Position numbers and translations under genes: made by a program. A model generated the notes under the pieces. It saw only the letters and a program-made list of their open reading frames with translations. It did no database searches and was not told the origin of the DNA. 64,000 nucleotides of DNA from contig CAXKVF010000073.1 in assembly GCA_964057225.1 (NCBI GenBank), positions 1,054,001 through 1,118,000 of the forward strand, given 5' to 3'. The DNA comes from Auanema rhodensis. Its lineage: Eukaryota; Animalia; Nematoda. Of this stretch, positions 1 to 11,794 are shown piece by piece. Positions within the stretch are counted from its first letter, which is position 1, and every line of letters begins with the position of its first letter.

Positions 1-80
1 GAACCAATATCAATAAAAATTTGTTTTTAGACTAATATGGACATGGGGAATCTAATTTTGAAAACCGCATCTCTTTATCT

Positions 81-90
81 TTCACGTGAA
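81..90. other. Perfect 10-bp palindrome TTCACGTGAA (E-box/G-box core CACGTG), present in nearly every monomer
   Basis: Read directly at monomer positions 81-90. Disrupted only by 88A (e.g. M19, M39, M44, M63, M161, M221) and 90G (M110, M117). Confidence 0.9.
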
Positions 91-106
91 GCGAGTTACA
101 TACCAA

Positions 107-123
107 GTGCACATCACGTGTAC
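107..123. other. Imperfect dyad GTGCAC-ATCAC-GTGTAC containing a second CACGTG and the palindromes GTGCAC and TGTACA
   Basis: 6-bp stem with one G:T pair and a 5-nt loop at monomer positions 107-123. Confidence 0.8.
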
Positions 124-164
124 ATTTAATTAGCATAAATTAAAGTTCACGTAAAATTCAAAGT

Positions 165-177
165 CATGGTTACCATG
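165..177. other. Interrupted palindrome CATGGT-T-ACCATG (BstEII site GGTNACC) spanning the monomer junction
   Basis: 13-bp dyad in C-allele junctions. It extends to 15 bp (TCATGGTTACCATGA) when the next monomer has A at position 2. Confidence 0.9.
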
Positions 178-528
178 CACCAATATCAATAAAAATTTGT
201 TTTTAGAGTAATATGGACATGGGGAATCTAATTTTGAAAACCGCATCTCTTTATCTTTCACGTGAAGCGAGTTACATACCAAGTGCACATCACGTGTACA
301 TTTAATTAGCATAAATTAAAGTTCACGTAAATTTCAAAGTCATGGTTACCATGCACCAATATCAATAAAAATTTGTTTTTAGACTAATATGGACATGGGG
401 AATCTAATTTTGAAAACCGCATCTCTTCATCTTTCACGTGAAGCGAGTTACATACCAAGTGCACATCACGTGTACATTTAATTAGCGTAAATTAAAGTTC
501 ACGTAAATTTCAAAGTCATGGTTACCAT

Positions 529-704
529 GAACCAATATCAATAAAAATTTGTTTTTAGACTAATATGGACATGGGGAATCTAATTTTGAAAACCGCATCT
601 CTTTATCTTTCACGTGAAGCGAGTTACATACCAAGTGCACATCACGTGTACATTTAATTAGCATAAATTAAAGTTCACGTAAATTTCAAAGTCATGGTTA
701 CCAT
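529..704 (+). repeat. Representative consensus 176-bp monomer (M4, A allele at position 2)
   Basis: Identical to the majority sequence; M5 (705) and M6 (881) are the same. 56/176 G+C and 5 CpG. Confidence 0.95.
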
Positions 705-3170
705 GAACCAATATCAATAAAAATTTGTTTTTAGACTAATATGGACATGGGGAATCTAATTTTGAAAACCGCATCTCTTTATCTTTCACGTGAAGCGAGT
801 TACATACCAAGTGCACATCACGTGTACATTTAATTAGCATAAATTAAAGTTCACGTAAATTTCAAAGTCATGGTTACCATGAACCAATATCAATAAAAAT
901 TTGTTTTTAGACTAATATGGACATGGGGAATCTAATTTTGAAAACCGCATCTCTTTATCTTTCACGTGAAGCGAGTTACATACCAAGTGCACATCACGTG
1001 TACATTTAATTAGCATAAATTAAAGTTCACGTAAATTTCAAAGTCATGGTTACCATGAAGCAATATCAATAAAAATTTGTTTTTAGACTAATATGGACAT
1101 GGGGAATTTAATTTTGAAAACCGCATCTCTTTATCTTTCACGTGAAGCGAGTTACATACCAAGTGCACATCACGTGTACATTTAATTAGCATAAATTAAA
1201 GTTCACGTAAATTTCAAAGTCATGGTTACCATGAACCAATATCAATAAAAATTTATTTTTAGACTAATATGGACATGGGGAATCTAATTTTGAAAACCGC
1301 ATCTCTTTATCTTTCACGTGAAGCGAGTTACATACCAAGTGCACATCACGTGTACATTTAATTAGCATAAATTAAAGTTCACGTAAATTTCAAAGTCATG
1401 GTTACCATGAACCAATATCAATAAAAATTTGTTTTTAGACTAATATGGACATGGGGAATCTAATTTTGAAAACCGCATCTCTTTATCTTTCACGTGAAGC
1501 GAGTTACATACCAAGTGCACATCACGTGTACATTTAATTAGCATAAATTAAAGTTCACGTAAATTTCAAAGTCATGGTTACCATGAACCAATATCAATAA
1601 AAATTTGTTTTTAGACTAATATGGACATGGGAAATCTAATTTTGAAAACCGCATCTCTTTATCTTTCACGTGAAGCGAGTTACATACCAAGTGCACATCA
1701 CGTGTACATTTAATTAGCATAAATTAAAGTTCACGTAAATTTCAAAGTCATGGTTACCATGAAGCAATATCAATAAAAATTTGTTTTTAGACTAATATGG
1801 ACATGGGGAATCTAATTTTGAAAACCGCATCTCTTTATCTTTCACGTGAAGCGAGTTACATACCAAGTGCACATCACGTGTACATTTAATTAGCATAAAT
1901 TAAAGTTCACGTAAATTTCAAAGTCATGGTTACCATGAACCAATATCAATAAAAATTTGTTTTTAGACTAATATGGACATGGAGAATCTAATTTTGAAAA
2001 CCGCATCTCTTTATCTTTCACGTGAAGCGAGTTACATACCAAGTGCACATCACGTGTACATTTAATTAGCATAAATTAAAGTTCACGTAAATTTCAAAGT
2101 CATGGTTACCATGCACCAATATCAATAAAAATTTGTTTTTAGACTAATATGGACATGGGGAATCTAATTTTGAAAACCGCATCTCTTTATCTTTCACGTG
2201 AAGCGAGTTACATACCAAGTGCACATCACGTGTACATTTAATTAGCATAAATTAAAGTTCACGTAAATTTCAAAGTCATGGTTACCATGAAGCAATATCA
2301 ATAAAAATTTGTTTTTAGACTAATATGGACATGGGGAATCTAATTTTGAAAACCGCATCTCTTTATCTTTCACGTGAAGCGAGTTACATACCAAGTGCAC
2401 ATCACGTGTACATTTAATTAGCATAAATTAAAGTTCACGTAAATTTCAAAGTCATGGTTACCATGAACCAATATCAATAAAAATTTGTTTTTAGACTAAT
2501 ATGGACATGGAGAAACTAATTTTGAAAACCGCATCTCTTTATCTTTCACGTGAAGCGAGTTACATACCAAGTGCACATCACGTGTACATTTAATTAGCAT
2601 AAATTAAAGTTCACGTAAATTTCAAAGTCATGGTTACCATGCACCAATATCAATAAAAATTTGTTTTTAGACTAATATGGACATGGGGAATCTAATTTTG
2701 AAAACCGCATCTCTTTATCTTTCACGTGAAGCGAGTTACATACCAAGTGCACATCACGTGTACATTTAATTAGCATAAATTAAAGTTCACGTAAATTTCA
2801 AAGTCATGGTTACCATGAACCAATATCAATAAAAATTTGTTTTTAGACTAATATGGACATGGGGAATCTAATTTTGAAAACCGCATCTCTATTCATCTTT
2901 CACGTGAAGCGAGTTACATACCAAGTGCACATCACGTGTACATTTAATTAGCATAAATTAAAGTTCACGTAAATTTCAAAGTCATGGTTACCATGAAGCA
3001 ATATCAATAAAAATTTGTTTTTAGACTAATATGGACCTGGGGAATCTAATTTTGAAAACCGCATCTCTTTATCTTTCACGTGAAGCGAGTTACATACCAA
3101 GTGCACATCACGTGTACATTTAATTAGCATAAATTAAAGTTCACGTAAATTTCAAAGTCATGGTTACCAT

Positions 3171-6100
3171 GAACCAATATCAATAAAAATTTGTTTTTAG
3201 ACTAATATGGACATGGGGAATCTAATTTTGAAAACCGCATCTCTTTATCTTTCACGTAAAGCGAGTTACATACCAAGTGCACATCACGTGTACATTTAAT
3301 TAGCATAAATTAAAGTTCACGTAAATTTCAAAGTCATGGTTACCATGCACCAATATCAATAAAAATTTGTTTTTAGACTAATATGGACATGGGGAATCTA
3401 ATTTTGAAAACCGCATCTCTTTATCTTTCACGTGAAGCGAGTTACATACCAAGTGCACATCACGTGTACATTTAATTAGCATAAATTAAAGTTCACGTAA
3501 ATTTCAAAGTCATGGTTACCATGAACCAATATCAATAAAAATTTGTTTTTAGACTAATATGGACATGGGGAATCTAATTTTGAAAACCTCATCTTTTTAT
3601 CTTTCACGTGAAGCGAGTTACATACCAAGTGCACATCACGTGTACATTTAATTAGCATAAATTAAAGTTCACGTAAATTTCAAAGTCATGGTTACCATGA
3701 ACCAATATCAATAAAAATTTGTTTTTAGACTAATATGGACATGGGGAATCTAATTTTGAAAACCGCATCTCTTTATCTTTCACGTGAAGCGAGTTACATA
3801 CCAAGTGCACATCACGTGTACATTTAATTAGCATAAATTAAAGTTCACGTAAATTTCAAAGTCATGGTTACCATGAACCAATATTAATAAAAATTTGTTT
3901 TTAGACTAATATGGACATGGGGAATCTAATTTTGAAAACCGCATCTCTTTATCTTTCACGTGAAGCGAGTTACATACCAAGTGCACATCACGTGTACATT
4001 TAATTAGCATAAATTAAAGTTCACGTAAATTTCAAAGTCATGGTTACCATGAACCAATATCAATAAAAATTTGTTTTTAGACTAATATGGACATGGGGAA
4101 TCTAATTTTGAAAACCTCATCTTTTTATCTTTCACGTGAAGCGAGTTACATACCAAGTGCACATCACGTGTACATTTAATTAGCATAAATTAAAGTTCAC
4201 GTAAATTTCAAAGTCATGGTTACCATGAACCAATATCAATAAAAATTTGTTTTTAGACTAATATGGACATGGGGAATCTAATTTTGAAAACCGCATCTCT
4301 TTATCTTTCACGTGAAGCGAGTTACATACCAAGTGCACATCACGTGTACATTTAATTAGCATAAATTAAAGTTCACGTAAATTTCAAAGTCATGGTTACC
4401 ATGAACCAATATTAATAAAAATTTGTTTTTAGACTAATATGGACATGGGGAATCTAATTTTGAAAACCGCATCTCTTTATCTTTCACGTGAAGCGAGTTA
4501 CATACCAAGTGCACATCACGTGTACATTTAATTAGCATAAATTAAAGTTCACGTAAATTTCAAAGTCATGGTTACCATGAACCAATATCAATAAAAATTT
4601 GTTTTTAGACTAATATGGACATGGGGAATCTAATTTTGACAACCGCATCTCTTTATCTTTCACGTGAAGCGAGTTACATACCAAGTGCACATCACGTGTA
4701 CATTTAATTAGCATAAATTAAAGTTCACGTAAATTTCAAAGTCATGGTTACCATGAACCAATATCAATAAAAATTTGTTTTTAGACTAATATGGACATGG
4801 GGAATCTAATTTTGAAAACCGCATCTCTTTATCTTTCACGTGAAGCGAGTTACATACCAAGTGCACATCACGTGTACATTTAATTAGCATAAATTAAAGT
4901 TCACGTAAATTTCAAAGTCATGGTTACCATGAACCAATATCAATAAAAATTTGTTTTTAGACTAATATGGACATGGGGAATCTAATTTTGAAAACCGCAT
5001 CTCTTTATCTTTCACGTGAAGCGAGTTACATACCAAGTGCACATCACGTGTACATTTAATTAGCATAAATTAAAGTTCACGTAAATTTCAAAGTCATGGT
5101 TACCATGAACCAATATCAATAAAAATTTGTTTTTAGACTAATATAGACATGGGGAATCTATTTTTGAAAACCGCATCTCTTTATCTTTCACGTGAAGCGA
5201 GTTACATACCAAGTGCACATCACGTGTACATTTAATTAGCATAAATTAAAGTTCACGTAAATTTCAAAGTCATGGTTACCATGCACCAATATCAATAAAA
5301 ATTTGTTTTTAGACTAATATGGACATGGGGAATCTAATTTTGAAAACCGCATCTCTTTATCTTTCACGTGAAGCGAGTTACATACCAAGTGCACATCACG
5401 TGTACATTTAATTAGCATAAATTAAAGTTCACGTAAATTTCAAAGTCATGGTTACCATGAACCAATATCAATAAAAATTTGTTTTTAGACTAATATGGAC
5501 ATGGGAAATCTAATTTTGAAAACCGCATCTCTTTATCTTTCACGTGAAGCGAGTTACATACCAAGTGCACATCACGTGTACATTTATTTAGCATAAATTA
5601 AAGTTCACGTAAATTTCAAAGTCATGGTTACCATGAAGCAATATCAATAAAAATTTGTTTTTAGACTAATATGGACATGGGGAATCTAATTTTGAAAACC
5701 GCATCTCTTTATCTTTCACGTGAAGCGAGTTACATACCAAGTGCACATCACGTGTACATTTAATTAGCATAAATTAAAGTTCACGTAAATTTCAAAGTCA
5801 TGGTTACCATGAACCAATATCAATAAAAATTTGTTTTTAGACTAATATGGACATGGAGAATCTAATTTTGAAAACCGCATCTCTTTATCTTTCACGTGAA
5901 GCGAGTTACATACCAAGTGCACATCACGTGTACATTTAATTAGCATAAATTAAAGTTCACGTAAATTTCAAAGTCATGGTTACCATGCACCAATATCAAT
6001 AAAAATTTGTTTTTAGACTAATATGGACATGAAGAATCTAATTTTGAAAACCGCATCTCTTTATCTTTCACGTGAAGCGAGTTACATACCAAGTGCACAT

Positions 6101-9100
6101 CACGTGTACATTTAATTAGCATAAATTAAAGTTCACGTAAATTTCAAAGTCATGGTTACCATGAACCAATATCAATACAAATTTGTTTTTAGACTAATAT
6201 GGACATGGGGAATCTAATTTTAAAAACCGCATCTCTTTATCTTTCACGTGAAGCGAGTTACATACCAAGTGCACATCACGTGTACATTTAATTAGCATAA
6301 ATTAAAGTTCACGTAAAATTCAAAGTCATGGTTACCATGCACCAATATCAATAAAAATTTGTTTTTAGACTAATATGGACATGGGGAATCTAATTTTGAA
6401 AACCGCATCTCTTTATCTTTCACGTGAAGCGAGTTACATACGAAGTGCACATCACGTGTACATTTAATTAGCATAAATTAAAGTTCACGTAAATTTCAAA
6501 GTCATGGTTACCATGCACCAATATCAATAAAAATTTGTTTTTAGACTAATATGGACATGGGGAATTCAATTTTGAAAACCGCATCTCTTTATCTTTCACG
6601 TGAAGCGAGTTACATACCAAGTGCACATCACGTGTACATTTAATTAGCATGAATTAAAGTTCACGTAAATTTCAAAGTCATGGTTACCATGCACCAATAT
6701 CAATAAAATTTTGTTTTTAGACTAATATGGACATGGGGAATCTAATTTTGAAAACAGCATCTCTTCATCTTTCACGTAAAGCGAGTTACATACCAAGTGC
6801 AAATCACGTGTACATTTAATTAGCATAAATTAAAGTTCACGTAAATTTCAAAGTCATGGTTACCATGAACCAATATCAATACAAATTTGTTTTTAGACTA
6901 ATATGGACATGGGGAATCTAATTTTGAAAACCGCATCTCTTTATCTTTCACGTGAAGCGAGTTACATACCAAGTGCAAATCACGTGTACATTTAATTAGC
7001 ATAAATTAAAGTTCACGTAAATTTCAAAGTCATGGTTACCATGAACCAATATCAATACAAATTTGTTTTTAGACTGATATGGACATGGGGAATCTAATTT
7101 TGAAAACCGCATCTCTTTATCTTTCACGTGAAGCGAGTTACATACCAAGTGCACATCACGTGTACATTTAATTAGCATAAATTAAAGTTCACGTAAATTT
7201 CAAAGTCATGGTTACCATGCACCAATATCAATAAAAATTTGTTTTTAGACTAATATGGACATGGGGAATCTAATTTTGAAAACCGCATCTCTTTATCTTT
7301 CACGTGAAGCGAGTTACATACCAAGTGCACATCACGTGTACATTTAATTAGCATAAATTAAAGTTCACGTAAATTTCAAAGTCATGGTTACCATGCACCA
7401 ATATCAATAAAAATTTGTTTTTAGACTAAAATGGACATGAAGAATCTAATTTTGAAAACCGCATCTCTTTTTCTTTCACGTGAAGCGAGTTACATACCAA
7501 GTGCACATCACGTGTACATTTAATTAGCATAAATTAAAGTTCACGTAAATTTCAAAGTCATGGTTACCATGAACCAATATCAATAAAAATTTGTTTTTAG
7601 ACTAATATGGACATGGGGAATCTAATTTTGAAAACCGCATCTCTTTATCTTTCACGTAAAGCGAGTTACATACCAAGTGCACATCACGTGTACATTTAAT
7701 TAGCATAAATTAAAGTTCACGTAAATTTCAAAGTCATGGTTACCATGCACCAATATCAATAAAAATTTGTTTTTAGACTAATATGGACATGGGGAATCTA
7801 ATTTTGAAAACCGCATCTCTTTATCTTTCACGTGAAGCGAGTTACATACCAAGTGCACATCACGTGTACATTTAATTAGCATAAATTAAAGTTCACGTAA
7901 ATTTCAAAGTCATGGTTACCATGAACCAATATCAATAAAAATTTGTTTTTAGACTAATATGGACATGGGGAATCTAATTTTGAAAACCTCATCTTTTTAT
8001 CTTTCACGTGAAGCGAGTTACATACCAAGTGCACATCACGTGTACATTTAATTAGCATAAATTAAAGTTCACGTAAATTTCAAAGTCATGGTTACCATGA
8101 ACCAATATCAATAAAAATTTGTTTTTAGACTAATATGGACATGGGGAATCTAATTTTGAAAACCGCATCTCTTTATCTTTCACGTGAAGCGAGTTACATA
8201 CCAAGTGCACATCACGTGTACATTTAATTAGCATAAATTAAAGTTCACGTAAATTTCAAAGTCATGGTTACCATGAACCAATATTAATAAAAATTTGTTT
8301 TTAGACTAATATGGACATGGGGAATCTAATTTTGAAAACCGCATCTCTTTATCTTTCACGTGAAGCGAGTTACATACCAAGTGCACATCACGTGTACATT
8401 TAATTAGCATAAATTAAAGTTCACGTAAATTTCAAAGTCATGGTTACCATGAACCAATATCAATAAAAATTTGTTTTTAGACTAATATGGACATGGGGAA
8501 TCTAATTTTGAAAACCTCATCTTTTTATCTTTCACGTGAAGCGAGTTACATACCAAGTGCACATCACGTGTACATTTAATTAGCATAAATTAAAGTTCAC
8601 GTAAATTTCAAAGTCATGGTTACCATGAACCAATATCAATAAAAATTTGTTTTTAGACTAATATGGACATGGGGAATCTAATTTTGAAAACCGCATCTCT
8701 TTATCTTTCACGTGAAGCGAGTTACATACCAAGTGCACATCACGTGTACATTTAATTAGCATAAATTAAAGTTCACGTAAATTTCAAAGTCATGGTTACC
8801 ATGAACCAATATTAATAAAAATTTGTTTTTAGACTAATATGGACATGGGGAATCTAATTTTGAAAACCGCATCTCTTTATCTTTCACGTGAAGCGAGTTA
8901 CATACCAAGTGCACATCACGTGTACATTTAATTAGCATAAATTAAAGTTCACGTAAATTTCAAAGTCATGGTTACCATGAACCAATATCAATAAAAATTT
9001 GTTTTTAGACTAATATGGACATGGGGAATCTAATTTTGACAACCGCATCTCTTTATCTTTCACGTGAAGCGAGTTACATACCAAGTGCACATCACGTGTA

Positions 9101-11794
9101 CATTTAATTAGCATAAATTAAAGTTCACGTAAATTTCAAAGTCATGGTTACCATGAACCAATATCAATAAAAATTTGTTTTTAGACTAATATGGACATGG
9201 GGAATCTAATTTTGAAAACCGCATCTCTTTATCTTTCACGTGAAGCGAGTTACATACCAAGTGCACATCACGTGTACATTTAATTAGCATAAATTAAAGT
9301 TCACGTAAATTTCAAAGTCATGGTTACCATGAACCAATATCAATAAAAATTTGTTTTTAGACTAATATGGACATGGGGAATCTAATTTTGAAAACCGCAT
9401 CTCTTTATCTTTCACGTGAAGCGAGTTACATACCAAGTGCACATCACGTGTACATTTAATTAGCATAAATTAAAGTTCACGTAAATTTCAAAGTCATGGT
9501 TACCATGAACCAATATCAATAAAAATTTGTTTTTAGACTAATATAGACATGGGGAATCTATTTTTGAAAACCGCATCTCTTTATCTTTCACGTGAAGCGA
9601 GTTACATACCAAGTGCACATCACGTGTACATTTAATTAGCATAAATTAAAGTTCACGTAAATTTCAAAGTCATGGTTACCATGCACCAATATCAATAAAA
9701 ATTTGTTTTTAGACTAATATGGACATGGGGAATCTAATTTTGAAAACCGCATCTCTTTATCTTTCACGTGAAGCGAGTTACATACCAAGTGCACATCACG
9801 TGTACATTTAATTAGCATAAATTAAAGTTCACGTAAATTTCAAAGTCATGGTTACCATGAACCAATATCAATAAAAATTTGTTTTTAGACTAATATGGAC
9901 ATGGGAAATCTAATTTTGAAAACCGCATCTCTTTATCTTTCACGTGAAGCGAGTTACATACCAAGTGCACATCACGTGTACATTTAATTAGCATAAATTA
10001 AAGTTCACGTAAATTTCAAAGTCATGGTTACCATGAACCAATATCAATAAAAATTTGTTTTTAGACTAATATGGACATGGAGAATCTAATTTTGAAAACC
10101 GCATCTCTTTATCTTTCACGTGAAGCGAGTTACATACCAAGTGCACATCACGTGTACATTTAATTAGCATAAATTAAAGTTCACGTAAATTTCAAAGTCA
10201 TGGTTACCATGCACCAATATCAATAAAAATTTGTTTTTAGACTAATATGGACATGAAGAATCTAATTTTGAAAACCGCATCTCTTTATCTTTCACGTGAA
10301 GCGAGTTACATACCAAGTGCACATCACGTGTACATTTAATTAGCATAAATTAAAGTTCACGTAAATTTCAAAGTCATGGTTACCATGAACCAATATCAAT
10401 ACAAATTTGTTTTTAGACTAATATGGACATGGGGAATCTAATTTTAAAAACCGCATCTCTTTATCTTTCACGTGAAGCGAGTTACATACCAAGTGCACAT
10501 CACGTGTACATTTAATTAGCATAAATTAAAGTTCACGTAAAATTCAAAGTCATGGTTACCATGCACCAATATCAATAAAAATTTGTTTTTAGACTAATAT
10601 GGACATGGGGAATCTAATTTTGAAAACCGCATCTCTTTATCTTTCACGTGAAGCGAGTTACATACGAAGTGCACATCACGTGTACATTTAATTAGCATAA
10701 ATTAAAGTTCACGTAAATTTCAAAGTCATGGTTACCATGCACCAATATCAATAAAAATTTGTTTTTAGACTAATATGGACATGGGGAATTCAATTTTGAA
10801 AACCGCATCTCTTTATCTTTCACGTGAAGCGAGTTACATACCAAGTGCACATCACGTGTACATTTAATTAGCATGAATTAAAGTTCACGTAAATTTCAAA
10901 GTCATGGTTACCATGCACCAATATCAATAAAATTTTGTTTTTAGACTAATATGGACATGGGGAATCTAATTTTGAAAACAGCATCTCTTCATCTTTCACG
11001 TAAAGCGAGTTACATACCAAGTGCAAATCACGTGTACATTTAATTAGCATAAATTAAAGTTCACGTAAATTTCAAAGTCATGGTTACCATGAACCAATAT
11101 CAATACAAATTTGTTTTTAGACTAATATGGACATGGGGAATCTAATTTTGAAAACCGCATCTCTTTATCTTTCACGTGAAGCGAGTTACATACCAAGTGC
11201 AAATCACGTGTACATTTAATTAGCATAAATTAAAGTTCACGTAAATTTCAAAGTCATGGTTACCATGAACCAATATCAATACAAATTTGTTTTTAGACTG
11301 ATATGGACATGGGGAATCTAATTTTGAAAACCGCATCTCTTTATCTTTCACGTGAAGCGAGTTACATACCAAGTGCACATCACGTGTACATTTAATTAGC
11401 ATAAATTAAAGTTCACGTAAATTTCAAAGTCATGGTTACCATGCACCAATATCAATAAAAATTTGTTTTTAGACTAATATGGACATGGGGAATCTAATTT
11501 TGAAAACCGCATCTCTTTATCTTTCACGTGAAGCGAGTTACATACCAAGTGCACATCACGTGTACATTTAATTAGCATAAATTAAAGTTCACGTAAATTT
11601 CAAAGTCATGGTTACCATGCACCAATATCAATAAAAATTTGTTTTTAGACTAATATGGACATGAAGAATCTAATTTTGAAAACCGCATCTCTTTTTCTTT
11701 CACGTGAAGCGAGTTACATACCAAGTGCACATCACGTGTACATTTAATTAGCATAAATTAAAGTTCACGTAAATTTCAAAGTCATGGTTACCAT
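3171..11794 (+). repeat. Higher-order tandem duplication: 25-mer (3171-7570) followed by a 24-mer copy (7571-11794)
   Basis: Both copies carry the same ordered rare variants: 88A; 67T+73T; 11T; 62C; 39A+55T; 48A; 47A; 46A47A; 16C+60A+156A; 104G; EcoRI GAATTC (6562, 10786); 19T+66A+76C+88A+112A; 34G; 77T. Confidence 0.9.

Noticed and set aside
12-64. Phased A-tracts causing intrinsic curvature, and AATAAA as a polyadenylation signal
   Set aside because: A/T tracts are present but a ~10-bp phase is not convincing by eye. AATAAA is expected by chance at 68% AT and has no gene context.
1-176. CENP-B box (TTCGNNNNANNCGGG)
   Set aside because: Not found on either strand. TTCG arises only in minor variants (22C, 29C) and is not followed by CGGG.
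1-176. Assignment to similar-sized known satellites (Brassica CentBr, Arabidopsis CEN178, primate alpha, honeybee AluI)
   Set aside because: Only the length is similar. The consensus has no HindIII (AAGCTT) or AluI (AGCT) site, and I recall no sequence resemblance. A database search is needed.
113-215. Budding-yeast point centromere look-alike: ATCACGTG matches CDEI (RTCACRTG) and TGTTTTT follows 77 bp later
   Set aside because: The intervening DNA is far below the ~90% AT of CDEII, the essential CDEIII CCGAA core is missing, and point centromeres are not tandem arrays.
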